DNA of 64,000 bases, taken from positions 13,834-77,833 of the IMG/VR virus record IMGVR_UViG_3300046834_000025, one strand, 5' to 3'. A program made the translations under genes and the position numbers. The stretch comes from a virus. Every line of letters starts with the position of its first letter. The stretch's first letter is position 1. The notes beneath the pieces were generated by a model, which ran no database searches, was not told the origin of the DNA, and worked only from the letters and a program-made list of their open reading frames with translations. Positions 17,924 to 26,838 of the stretch are shown piece by piece.

Positions 17924-18964
17924 GTGGCCCACGAAATCACCGACACCGACACCGTCATCTCCGTCCGTGACGCAGGCTGGCACGGCCTGGCCAAGGTGCT
18001 CGACGACTACGTCACGCCGGAAGAGGCTCGCAAGGCTGCCTTCGACTGGGAGCCGATCACCACGCCTCTCTACCGTGGCGTTCCGGTCATTGGTGACGAC
18101 GGCTATGTCAGCCGGGGATACGAGCTCATCGAGGGCACTGTCGGCGTGGAGCGCAGCGACAACGGCGTCTTCTTCGGCGCTGTCAGCAAGGAACTCGGCG
18201 AGACGCTGGAGCACACCAACAACAAGACCCTGACCGAGGTGGCCGAAGCCGTCGAGGGCATCGCCGCTGGTGATGTCCGGGTCGAGACCGCTGGCAGCCT
18301 CAAGGGTGGCCGGAAGGTCTGGATGCTCCTCCGCCTCAACGAGCCGATTGCCATCAAGGGTGACCCGCACGGCGACACGATCCCCTACTTCGCGCTCCAG
18401 ACCTCCCACGACGGCACCGGCTCGTTCCGTGGGCAGGCTCTGTTCACCCGCGTGATCTGCGACAACACCGCTCAGATGGCCGACCTCGAGGCCGCGAAGC
18501 GCGGCACGGAGTTCACCTTCCGCCACACCTCCGGCATCAAGGACCGAATCGAAGAGGCGAAGGCTGCCGTCGCCATGTGGCGCAAGAGCGTGGAGGACTG
18601 GAACACGCTCATGGGCAACCTGATGGATCTCAAGATCACCGTGAAGCAGCAGGAACTCTTCGTCGACCAGTGGCAGCCGCTGATGCTGCCGGAGGGTCTG
18701 GCCGTCAGCCAGCGCGTGCAGAACAACATCGAGACTGCTCGCGGTGAGTTCTGGGGCATCATGAACGGCGTCACCACGGAGGGCATCGACCTCACGGCCT
18801 ACGGACTGGTGCAGGCCGCGATTGAACACCAGCAACATGTTCGGAGCGTCCGCGCTGACTCGGATCTCGCTCGTGCTGAAAGCCGCTTCAACCGTGCCTA
18901 CCTGCAGCGCGATAGCCTGACCACCCTCGCCGTGAAGCTCGCTCGTGAGGTTGCGGCAGCCTGA
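17924..18964 (+). CDS. DUF932-domain protein
   Basis: ETAGSLKGGRKVW, TSHDGTGS, RVICDNT, FRHT motifs. Confidence 0.9.
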   Translation: MAHEITDTDTVISVRDAGWHGLAKVLDDYVTPEEARKAAFDWEPITTPLYRGVPVIGDDGYVSRGYELIEGTVGVERSDNGVFFGAVSKELGETLEHTNNKTLTEVAEAVEGIAAGDVRVETAGSLKGGRKVWMLLRLNEPIAIKGDPHGDTIPYFALQTSHDGTGSFRGQALFTRVICDNTAQMADLEAAKRGTEFTFRHTSGIKDRIEEAKAAVAMWRKSVEDWNTLMGNLMDLKITVKQQELFVDQWQPLMLPEGLAVSQRVQNNIETARGEFWGIMNGVTTEGIDLTAYGLVQAAIEHQQHVRSVRADSDLARAESRFNRAYLQRDSLTTLAVKLAREVAAA

Positions 18965-19473
18965 TGAACTCCGGCGTGCCGACCCTGGCCAACCTGCTCA
19001 GCAAGTTCGAGCAGGTCGGCTCGGGGTGCTGGGAGTGGGTCAACCCGACTCACAAGCAGGGCTACGGTACGATCAGGTGGGACGGGCGAACGGTCTTCGC
19101 TCACCGGCTGATGGTGGCTGCAGTCTACGGCGTAACGCTCGAACAGATCCGAGAAGATGTAGTCCGGCACTCATGTGACAACACGTCGTGTGTCAACCCG
19201 CTTCATCTGCTCGTAGGAACACAACAGCAGAACTGTTTCGATCGGCTAATCCGTGGCCGACGCGTCGAACGACTAAACAACACAAGGCGTCTCTCCGTCG
19301 ACATCGTTACGGAGATGCGACGTCGAGCACGGCAAGGCGAACGAGGTGTTGCTTTGGCACACGAGTTCGGAATTTCGAAGAGCAGCACCTATCAAGCAAT
19401 CCGAGGCTACACATGGTCATGGATTGAAGAACCACCCGTCACAACACTGAGAGGAAACCGACATGAACAGTAA
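18964..19473 (+). CDS. HNH endonuclease with C-terminal HTH
   Basis: CWEW...GYG...AHR...VRHSCDNTSCVNPLHL.GTQQQN; LAHEFGIS. Confidence 0.9.
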   Translation: MNSGVPTLANLLSKFEQVGSGCWEWVNPTHKQGYGTIRWDGRTVFAHRLMVAAVYGVTLEQIREDVVRHSCDNTSCVNPLHLLVGTQQQNCFDRLIRGRRVERLNNTRRLSVDIVTEMRRRARQGERGVALAHEFGISKSSTYQAIRGYTWSWIEEPPVTTLRGNRHEQ

Positions 19474-19807
19474 GAACACCGGCGCAGTCAAGATGGTCAC
19501 GGACCTGTTGAAGCACGAGTGGGCATCAAGGGAGGTTGGTAAAAGCGTTCTCATCAATCCCGTCATCTTCGCAGCAAAGAACAATCTCTCAGCAGAGGTA
19601 GTCACGGGTGCCTTGCAGGATATCGCTCGCCCCGGTGCACCTCACACCTGGATCACCCGTGTTGCAAAGGGTGTCTATGAGATCGTAAGCGAGCCCATGA
19701 GTGCGCGTGAAGCGAGCGGTAATACCTCGCATCACTCGCGTATCAGTGCGCTCGAAGCTGAAGTCGCAGATCTCCGTGACATCCTTAAGCGTGCTGGACT
19801 CATCTGA
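19463..19807 (+). CDS. hypothetical protein
   Basis: GAGAGGAAACCGACATG start; stop codon lies in repeat copy 1. Confidence 0.7.
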   Translation: MNSKNTGAVKMVTDLLKHEWASREVGKSVLINPVIFAAKNNLSAEVVTGALQDIARPGAPHTWITRVAKGVYEIVSEPMSAREASGNTSHHSRISALEAEVADLRDILKRAGLI

Positions 19808-19869
19808 TCCTGCCGACCAGGATGGTGCCGGTCTTCGGAGAGACCGGCGCTGTCTGGGCCGACTGGCTC
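19803..19869 (+). repeat. Intergenic structured repeat copy 1 (67 bp)
   Basis: same as copies 2 and 3 except a longer central loop. Confidence 0.97.
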
Positions 19870-19895
19870 ACCACCGCCAAGAAGGGAAACCGACC

Positions 19896-20417
19896 ATGAG
19901 CAACGCCGACCGGACTCGCGAAGCGAAGCCAGCCTGCCCGTTCGACGGCGCGACCGTCCGTGACAGCAACGGACAGTGCCACTGCAGGAACGTCCTGTAC
20001 CGTGAGTGGCAGAAGGACCTCTCCATCAAGGACGACATGACCCTGATCTTCAACAAGGCTCTCCTGGACGGCGACTCGATCGAGACCGCTCTCGCTGCCG
20101 TGCGCGCCGAATTCCCTCACCTGGTTCGCACCCGGAAGATCAACGCGACGCCCACGCCCGCTGCCCCGCCTGCCGTGGTCGAGACGCCTGCCGTGGTCGA
20201 GGACGAGAAGAAGCCGACGACCGCCGAGATCATCAAGGACGAGGTGGCCGTGGAGAAGGCGGAGAAGCCTCGCTACGTCCTCGCGTTCGTGCCGTCCGGC
20301 CAGACCACGGAGTACGCTCGCAAGGACGCCGCCATCAAGGCTGGTGTGCGCTCTGGTGGCGAGTGGACCGTCAGCTACAAGGGCAAGAAGGTCGCTCAGT
20401 CCGATGAACTGCTCTGA
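19896..20417 (+). CDS. hypothetical protein (between repeats 1 and 2)
   Basis: GAAGGGAAACCGACCATG; strong codon bias. Confidence 0.75.
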   Translation: MSNADRTREAKPACPFDGATVRDSNGQCHCRNVLYREWQKDLSIKDDMTLIFNKALLDGDSIETALAAVRAEFPHLVRTRKINATPTPAAPPAVVETPAVVEDEKKPTTAEIIKDEVAVEKAEKPRYVLAFVPSGQTTEYARKDAAIKAGVRSGGEWTVSYKGKKVAQSDELL

Positions 20418-20474
20418 TCCTGCCGACCAGGATGGTGCCGGTCTCCGACCGGCGCTGTCTGGGCCGACTGGCTC
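20413..20474 (+). repeat. Intergenic structured repeat copy 2 (62 bp)
   Basis: tctgatcctgccgaccaggatggtgccggtctccgaccggcgctgtctgggccgactggctc. Confidence 0.97.
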
Positions 20475-20502
20475 GATTCGAACCGAGAGAAGGAAACTTA
20501 CT

Positions 20503-20814
20503 ATGAGCACCATCACCACCACCGTTCTCCCCGCCAAGCAGTCCCGTGGCACCGTTGCGATCCTCAACACCGTGCGCTGGATCGGCACCGGCTTCCACCT
20601 CCTGATCGCCGCGATCCTCCTGCTCATGTCCCTGGTCGCGATGTTCACGGCTGACAACGGCTTCCTGGTCTTCCTCGGTGGCCTCCTCGGTGTCGGCATG
20701 ACCCTCGTGTTCGGCGCGCTGTTCTACGCGACCGTGGGTTGGTTCGTCGACACGCTGAGCCAGCTCAACCAGATCGCTGCCAACACTGCTCCCACCAGCA
20801 TCACCGCTCTCTGA
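20503..20814 (+). CDS. two-helix membrane protein (between repeats 2 and 3)
   Basis: two long hydrophobic segments; GAAGGA RBS. Confidence 0.75.
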   Translation: MSTITTTVLPAKQSRGTVAILNTVRWIGTGFHLLIAAILLLMSLVAMFTADNGFLVFLGGLLGVGMTLVFGALFYATVGWFVDTLSQLNQIAANTAPTSITAL

Positions 20815-20871
20815 TCCTGCCGACCAGGATGGTGCCGGTCTCCGACCGGCGCTGTCTGGGCCGACTGGCTC
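20810..20871 (+). repeat. Intergenic structured repeat copy 3 (62 bp)
   Basis: identical to copy 2. Confidence 0.97.
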
Positions 20872-20905
20872 GTGATTGCACCACTCACCTCACGGAAGAG
20901 AGACC

Positions 20906-22228
20906 ATGACTAGGTTCAGAATCGCAACGATCGCCATCCTGGCGGTGGTGATCGCTTGCTTCGCATGGAACTTGACTGCTCCTGCGCAGGCAACCAGCAC
21001 GGACTGCGTGCCGCAGGCTGCCTACGACGAGACCGTCGTGGACAAGGCTGCCTGGGACGAGACCGTCACCGACAAGGCTGCCTGGGACGAGACCGTCATC
21101 GACACGGCTGCCATCGATCGGTGGTACTCCTGGACGGGTGGTCCCTCCGACTCGCACCCTGCTCCGCCTGCAGGCTCGTGGCAGGTGGACAACGGTAGCC
21201 ACGACGGCTTCGACCAGAGCCCTGGTTTGCTGCAGCGGGACAAGGGCAACAGTGGCAACAGCGACTGGTTCTACCACCTGGTCGTTGCGGAGGTGTCTCA
21301 CGTCGTCCACCACGCCGCTGAGACTCACGTCGTCCACCACGCCGCTGAGACTCACGTCGTCCACCACGATGCTGTGACGTGCCCGCCTCCGGCGACCACC
21401 ACGATCACCACACCTCCGGGTGACGACGAGGAGACGACCACGCCTCCGGTCACCACCACGCCGACCGGCCACAAGTACTACGTCTGCAAGTACGTTGGCA
21501 CGCCTGGTGAGGACGAGCGTCCTCAGCCGAGTGACCAGAACCCGATCTTCGTCGACGAGCACTCCATCGCCTCGTTCCCGAACATCGTCATCGGCGCGTT
21601 CTTCGCTGACGCACAGGGTCGCTCGAAGGTGATCGCTGGTCCGTACGACAAGAAGCTCGATGTCGAGCCTGGCATCGAGGCATGTGGCGGAACGACAACC
21701 ACCACGACCACACCGCCGACCACCACCACGCCGAACGGCTTCCCGGTTCCGGCTCTGTTCAACGCTGCGCCGACTCCGGCAACGTGTGTCTCTGCCGGAG
21801 TGTTCAACGATGGCGCTCTCGGTGGTGTCCTGATCGACACCTCTCCCTCGGGTCTGACCAAGGTGTACTCCTTCGCGGACGACGCCTTCCGGCTCGTGGT
21901 CAGCCGCGAGACTGCCGGAGAGGTGGGCCTGTGGCTGGTGCCGTTCGAAGAGGGCCTTACGTTCTCGGGTCTGTCCGATGCCTGGACCGACAACGGTGAC
22001 GGAACATTCTCTCGCACCATCATTCTCCCCGCTCAGTTGAGCGGTGAGGACTGCCCGACGACCACGACCACGCCGCCGACGACGACCACCACGGTCCCGC
22101 CGACGACGACCACGACCGTGCCGCCGACGACGGTGACCACGACCGTGCCACCGACGGAGAAGCCGAAGCCTGCTCCCAAGCCGGTCACGCCCAAGCCGTC
22201 TCGTTCCGTTCTGTCGCACACCCTCTGA
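20906..22228 (+). CDS. secreted Thr/Pro-rich surface protein, candidate sortase partner
   Basis: signal peptide ending AQA; AAWDETV and ETHVVHH repeats; poly-Thr/Pro linkers; ends VLSHTL. Confidence 0.8.
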   Translation: MTRFRIATIAILAVVIACFAWNLTAPAQATSTDCVPQAAYDETVVDKAAWDETVTDKAAWDETVIDTAAIDRWYSWTGGPSDSHPAPPAGSWQVDNGSHDGFDQSPGLLQRDKGNSGNSDWFYHLVVAEVSHVVHHAAETHVVHHAAETHVVHHDAVTCPPPATTTITTPPGDDEETTTPPVTTTPTGHKYYVCKYVGTPGEDERPQPSDQNPIFVDEHSIASFPNIVIGAFFADAQGRSKVIAGPYDKKLDVEPGIEACGGTTTTTTTPPTTTTPNGFPVPALFNAAPTPATCVSAGVFNDGALGGVLIDTSPSGLTKVYSFADDAFRLVVSRETAGEVGLWLVPFEEGLTFSGLSDAWTDNGDGTFSRTIILPAQLSGEDCPTTTTTPPTTTTTVPPTTTTTVPPTTVTTTVPPTEKPKPAPKPVTPKPSRSVLSHTL

Positions 22229-22253
22229 TCCACTAGCCCGAAGGGAGAGCACG

Positions 22254-22886
22254 ATGAAGACAACTGCAGCAGCGATCACCGTGCTCTCCCTTCTGGCCGG
22301 AGGAGCTACCCTCTTCAGTCTTGACCAGCAGGCACCGCCTGCGCGGCGCACTCTGCCCGTTTCTGCACCGCTCTCGGTACCAGCACCCGTCACCATCACC
22401 GTGCCGACCACGGCACACACGACCACGACCAGGGCCGTCTCTGTGCCGAAGGTGAAGGTTGGGCAGCGCATGGCTGTCCTCGACCTCCCTCATGCCGGAA
22501 AGATCACGATCAAACAGGGCACCAACAACCTGGACCGCGAGACCTCGATCCTCAACACTGGCGCAGCAGTTCACTACGTGGACAGCGCGAAGTGGTTCGG
22601 AGACGGCGTGTTCGCGATGTCCGGCCACCGAACGACCTACGGTGCCGTCTTCAACAAGCTAGACAAGATGAAGAAGGGAGACATCGCCACTGTCACGACC
22701 AAGGACGGCGTCTTCAAGTACCGCTACCTGGACACCCGAATCGTGACGCCGGACAAGATGTGGGTGCTCGATCCCACCGAGAAGAAGGAGTACCGACACC
22801 TCAAGGATGGTGGTCTCGTGATGACTGCCTGCCACCCGAAGCACTCAGCCCGTCAGAGGATCGTTGTCCTCTGGAAGGAGATCTGA
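22254..22886 (+). CDS. sortase (class E-like)
   Basis: N-terminal hydrophobic anchor; SGHRTTYGAVFNKLDKM, LVMTACHP...ARQRIVV (His/Cys/Arg triad). Confidence 0.92.
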   Translation: MKTTAAAITVLSLLAGGATLFSLDQQAPPARRTLPVSAPLSVPAPVTITVPTTAHTTTTRAVSVPKVKVGQRMAVLDLPHAGKITIKQGTNNLDRETSILNTGAAVHYVDSAKWFGDGVFAMSGHRTTYGAVFNKLDKMKKGDIATVTTKDGVFKYRYLDTRIVTPDKMWVLDPTEKKEYRHLKDGGLVMTACHPKHSARQRIVVLWKEI

Positions 22887-23029
22887 TGCACGTCAACGGC
22901 CAGGAGGCGACCCGCTGCGAGCGGTGCAGTCACCCGCAGGGTGCCTGGGCCACCTACATCCCCACGGACGAGTGGGAAGCACACGTTCAGTGGCACAAGG
23001 AAACTGACGCAAAGGAGAAAGAAGCATGA
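22886..23029 (+). CDS. small zinc-finger protein
   Basis: CERC...HVQWH. Confidence 0.5.
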   Translation: MHVNGQEATRCERCSHPQGAWATYIPTDEWEAHVQWHKETDAKEKEA

Positions 23030-23256
23030 GCGCGCCAGGAGTGCTCCGCACCAAGAAGAAGCGGTGCGTCTGGTGCGCCAATGAGAAGGCTCGCACGTCG
23101 AAGACGGCCTGGCCGATTGTCGACACGACCGGCGTGGTCATCAGGTGGATCACGCTTTGGGCCTGCCAGCCGTGCCTGTGGGTCAACATGGAGAAGCGAG
23201 AGTGGCTGACTGCGCGTGAGCTACGAATCGCCGAAAGAATGAGGGTACCAGCATGA
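23026..23256 (+). CDS. small zinc-binding protein
   Basis: CVWC...CQPC. Confidence 0.55.
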   Translation: MSAPGVLRTKKKRCVWCANEKARTSKTAWPIVDTTGVVIRWITLWACQPCLWVNMEKREWLTARELRIAERMRVPA

Positions 23257-23567
23257 GTGACAACGTGATTCGGATGGACCGGCTCTCGATCCCGCCGACT
23301 CCTGAGCTCGACAAGCGCAACAAGATCCTGCACAGTAACGCTCACCCGCAGGATACGCTCACGGACTTCTGGGACTGGATGGAGGGACAGGGCTGGCACG
23401 TGTGTGAACTGGTCGTGCGCAACCCCGAGGTCTCCGACACGCGAGAGTTCGTGCCGGTCAGGGAACGCGTCGAGAGCATGTTCGAGCGGTTCTTCGGCCT
23501 GGACGGCGCGAAGATGGAGCAGGAGAAGCGCGCGATCCTGGCGCACTTGAGGGAGCAGCAGGGATGA
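23253..23567 (+). CDS. hypothetical protein
   Basis: ATGA overlap. Confidence 0.65.
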   Translation: MSDNVIRMDRLSIPPTPELDKRNKILHSNAHPQDTLTDFWDWMEGQGWHVCELVVRNPEVSDTREFVPVRERVESMFERFFGLDGAKMEQEKRAILAHLREQQG

Positions 23568-23834
23568 GCCCACAGTGGAGACGGCGCATCATCGCTGTCG
23601 ACCTCGTGATCATCGTGTTCGGCCTGTCCTACATCGCGTACAGGCTGTTCTCGTGAAGCCGGTCAGGGCTGAGGCTGCAGTTCTCCACTGTCCCAACTGT
23701 GGTGCCAAGCCGAACCGTCCATGCACCAAGGCCGCTGAGCGCGGTCGGCGTCCGATTCCCTGGTTGCACCTAGGCAGAGAGCTTGCCGCTGACCGGCTGT
23801 TGGAGCCTGATGACCTCTGGAAGGAGCCAGAGCG

Positions 23835-24284
23835 GTGATCCCTGGTCTGGGTGAGCCAGAATGCGAGCTCACGTACAAGGAGATTGACGCGCGGTTCGTC
23901 AGCATCCCTGAGCTCGCTCAGCTAACCGGCTTCTCTGCCAGGCAGATTGACTACCTCATCCGGTCGGATCGGCTCTACCCAACGCACTACACGTGGAGCA
24001 ATCTGCACCTCAAGGCACCCGTGTGGGTTTGGTTGCCAGGCACCGAGATCAGCAGCGGGTACCGCCGCATCTGGGAGCGAGGCAGCGACCGGCTGAGGTA
24101 CGTGCTCCTGCTTTCCGCCTGGGTGAAGATGGGCATGAGCACTGCGTCAGCCGTTGCTCTGGCCAAGCACCATGTCTTTGGAACGGAACTGCCAGTATTC
24201 CTTCTCCCGCTGGCGGATGTGGAACTGAGAGAGGAAACCGATGAACGACGCAATGAAGCGAGTCAAGAAGGCTCTCAAGGGTGA
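23835..24284 (+). CDS. MerR-like HTH DNA-binding protein
   Basis: SIPELAQLTGFSARQIDY...SGYRRIW. Confidence 0.6.
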   Translation: MIPGLGEPECELTYKEIDARFVSIPELAQLTGFSARQIDYLIRSDRLYPTHYTWSNLHLKAPVWVWLPGTEISSGYRRIWERGSDRLRYVLLLSAWVKMGMSTASAVALAKHHVFGTELPVFLLPLADVELREETDERRNEASQEGSQG

Positions 24285-24516
24285 TCTGGCCGACTTCGAG
24301 GTTGGCACGATCATCACCTGGACACGTGTTGTGGAGAAAGAGCCGTTCCCCTACGCGGCGATCAGAACGCCGCGAGCCTGGCTCACGACGGCTCCCAACG
24401 ATCTCATCGTGAAGCGGGTCTACTCCTTCGACAATCTGCTCGAGGTGCTGTCCCGTGAAGGTATCGCTGACGTGCGGGTCATCGGTCGAGACGATGGCAC
24501 GAAGGTCGAGCCGTGA
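24241..24516 (+). CDS. hypothetical protein
   Basis: exact GAGAGGAAACCGATG. Confidence 0.7.
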   Translation: MNDAMKRVKKALKGDLADFEVGTIITWTRVVEKEPFPYAAIRTPRAWLTTAPNDLIVKRVYSFDNLLEVLSREGIADVRVIGRDDGTKVEP

Positions 24517-24866
24517 GTAGCCTCTACCAGACCGAGACCTGGACGGACAAGGACGGCAACGTCTTCCGGCTCAAGGACATGGACGCGCGCTACTGTGCCG
24601 GTCTGCTGATGTTCCTCGAGCGCAACGCAAGAGCGTTGATGTGGAACGAGTACCAGCACGCTGACGCTGATGTTGTGCTGCACGACGGTGGAGACATGGC
24701 GCACGCTGCCTTGGAGCGAATCGCTGATGAGCTCCTGGACGGATTCTTGGAGGGTGCGTGGGACGAGTGGCTGGCCGAGTTGCCGTTCGTCATCGCGCTC
24801 AAGAAGGCTCTCAAGAAGAAGCGCAAGAAGCTGAACAAGGCGTTCAAGAAGGAGCTAGTGCGATGA
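24513..24866 (+). CDS. hypothetical protein
   Basis: GTGA overlap; basic C-terminus. Confidence 0.7.
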   Translation: MSSLYQTETWTDKDGNVFRLKDMDARYCAGLLMFLERNARALMWNEYQHADADVVLHDGGDMAHAALERIADELLDGFLEGAWDEWLAELPFVIALKKALKKKRKKLNKAFKKELVR

Positions 24867-25138
24867 CAACTACGCACGTCGACTGGATGGAGAGTGGTCT
24901 GTGCCGCCAGGTCGATGTGTCAGATGCCATGTTCGTCTCTGGCAAAGACCAGGCGAAGGCAAAGGTGTTGTGTCGGACGTGTCCTGTCGCACTTCTCTGT
25001 CTGGCTGATGCCCTGGACAACAAGACTGAGTTCGGTGTCTGGGGAGGGTTGACGGAGCGCGAGCGTCGTCGGCTTCTCAAGCAGCATCCGAACGTCACGT
25101 CCTGGAGGCGAGTCTTGGAGAGGAAGTTCGGTGGGTAA
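24863..25138 (+). CDS. WhiB-family regulator, WhiB4/WblA-like
   Basis: 4 Cys, GVWGG, CLADALDNKTEFGVWGGLTERERRRLLKQHPNVTSW. Confidence 0.9.
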   Translation: MTTTHVDWMESGLCRQVDVSDAMFVSGKDQAKAKVLCRTCPVALLCLADALDNKTEFGVWGGLTERERRRLLKQHPNVTSWRRVLERKFGG

Positions 25139-25412
25139 GTACGGGTCTGCAACCTGTCAGACATGCCGCAAGCCCTGCGCGCTGCGCTGGAACGGCAGGC
25201 TGTACACGCACCGCGCACCGAACGGGCGCGTCTGTGACGGCGTCAACCAGATGAGCGGGTTGCCAACTCTCAACGGACACACGGCAACAGTACTTGCCAA
25301 TGGCTCCATCGACTGCAGTTGCGGAGAGGTCTCGCCAGTCTTCTCCGCCGCGAGGTTTCGCGAACGCTGGTGGGGCTGGCACGTAGGTGATACAATCACA
25401 AAAGACGGCTGA
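25131..25412 (+). CDS. zinc-binding hypothetical protein
   Basis: CQTC...H...C; CSCG. Confidence 0.55.
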   Translation: MGKYGSATCQTCRKPCALRWNGRLYTHRAPNGRVCDGVNQMSGLPTLNGHTATVLANGSIDCSCGEVSPVFSAARFRERWWGWHVGDTITKDG

Positions 25413-25537
25413 CGGCGGTTTTCTCGAACGACTCCGACCGGCGTCAGAAGCGCGAAGGGCTTTTCGCGCTGGCCCGGACCCTGCTGTCTTCCCTGGAGCA
25501 GGGTCCGGGTCCTCCCCCTTCCGAGAGAGGAAAACCG

Positions 25538-25675
25538 ATGGCAGGCAAACACGCAGCACTCGGCGTTCTCACACACGACCGCACTGAGCCTGGCAAGCAT
25601 GTCGACACGACCAAGCCAGTGGAAGAGGAACCCGCTTGGCTCGACCCGGACGACTGGGCCGACCTGGACGACTGA
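25538..25675 (+). CDS. 45-aa protein with acidic tail
   Basis: GAGAGGAAAACCGATG; ends WLDPDDWADLDD. Confidence 0.55.
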   Translation: MAGKHAALGVLTHDRTEPGKHVDTTKPVEEEPAWLDPDDWADLDD

Positions 25676-25715
25676 GCCTACCTGGTTCAGTTCCAACAAG
25701 AGAAAGAGGAAACCG

Positions 25716-26477
25716 ATGGATCACATCTCTGTCAAGGGAAGCGAGCTCCGTATCGACCCCGATGCGCAGCGTCTCTTCGAGCAGCACCGCGCCAACAAGA
25801 TCGCAGAGGAGTGGGACGAGCGTTCTGTCGGCGCGATCACCGTTTCCCTCCGGGACGATGGCGGCATGTACATCCTCGATGGGATGCACCGCGTTGCTGC
25901 CGGTCTCCTGGTCGACCCCGACATGATGTTCTTCTGCATCATCCACAAGAACATGTCGGCAGAGGACGAAGCGACCCTGTTCCTGCGCTCAAACAACGAG
26001 CGCAAGAGCGTCAACAGGTTCGACACCTACCGGATGTACCTCCGGGCGAACGACGAAGTCGCACTCCGCATTCAGGCGGAGGTGATGGCTGCCGGACTGT
26101 CGGTCGGACGCAGGGCATCTACCAACCAGGTATCTGCCGTCGTTACCCTCCGGCGCTGGGCAGAGAAGGACGTACCTCCGTACGGTCTGATCACCCGCGC
26201 ACTCAACATCAACGAGGTTGCATGGGGGCGCACCGCTGAGGCATGGGACAACACCGTCATCGCCGCAGTCTGCGAAGTCTTGCACAAGAACCCGCACATC
26301 CAGATCAACCGGCTGGTGCATACCCTTCAGAAGTTCGTCGTGGCTCAGTGGGCTGCAAAGGGTGTGGAGCGCATCGGCGGTAGCGGTGGTTCCGCGTCAC
26401 GTCCGAGCAGCACTGCAGCCTGCATCTGCGACGAGTACAACAAGAGGCTGAGCTTGGCCAAGCGCATCGGTCTCTGA
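25716..26477 (+). CDS. ParB/Srx-like domain protein (DUF6551-like)
   Basis: IDPDAQR...GAITVSLR...YILDGMHR...EATLF. Confidence 0.75.
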   Translation: MDHISVKGSELRIDPDAQRLFEQHRANKIAEEWDERSVGAITVSLRDDGGMYILDGMHRVAAGLLVDPDMMFFCIIHKNMSAEDEATLFLRSNNERKSVNRFDTYRMYLRANDEVALRIQAEVMAAGLSVGRRASTNQVSAVVTLRRWAEKDVPPYGLITRALNINEVAWGRTAEAWDNTVIAAVCEVLHKNPHIQINRLVHTLQKFVVAQWAAKGVERIGGSGGSASRPSSTAACICDEYNKRLSLAKRIGL

Positions 26478-26480
26478 CTC

Positions 26481-26786
26481 ATGAGGGAGACGGCTGTCGA
26501 GAAGCGACTCATCAAGAAGGTCAAGGAAGCTGGCGGGGCGTGCATGAAGATCATGCCCGTCGTCGCCGGTTACCCCGACCGGCTCGTGTTGCTTCCCGGT
26601 GGCCGTCTCTTCCTCGTGGAGACCAAAGCTCCGAAGGGTGCGCTCCGACCAGCGCAAGTTGTCTTCATCGCTCGCGCTGAGGCGATGGGCATCCCAGTCG
26701 CAGTCTTGTACACGAGCAACGAGGTTGACAACTGGGTGAACGAGGTTTCACGTTTGTCAGCGGACCCCCCGCTCGACCAGGTATGA
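26481..26786 (+). CDS. VRR-NUC domain nuclease
   Basis: RETAVEKRL...GYPDRLVLLPGG...VETKAPKG.LRPAQ. Confidence 0.9.
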   Translation: MRETAVEKRLIKKVKEAGGACMKIMPVVAGYPDRLVLLPGGRLFLVETKAPKGALRPAQVVFIARAEAMGIPVAVLYTSNEVDNWVNEVSRLSADPPLDQV

Positions 26787-26838
26787 TGATTCTTGTCAGC
26801 AAGCCTGACCCCCAAGATTCATCGTTGAGAGGAAACCG

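Noticed and set aside
19803-19869. Hammerhead ribozyme in the repeat (CTGAT start)
   Set aside because: Core would need CUGANGA and GAAA; the sequence reads CTGATCC and has no GAAA within the repeat
19803-20871. CRISPR array
   Set aside because: The intervening sequences are whole genes of 335-545 bp, the repeats are too long, and there is no cas operon
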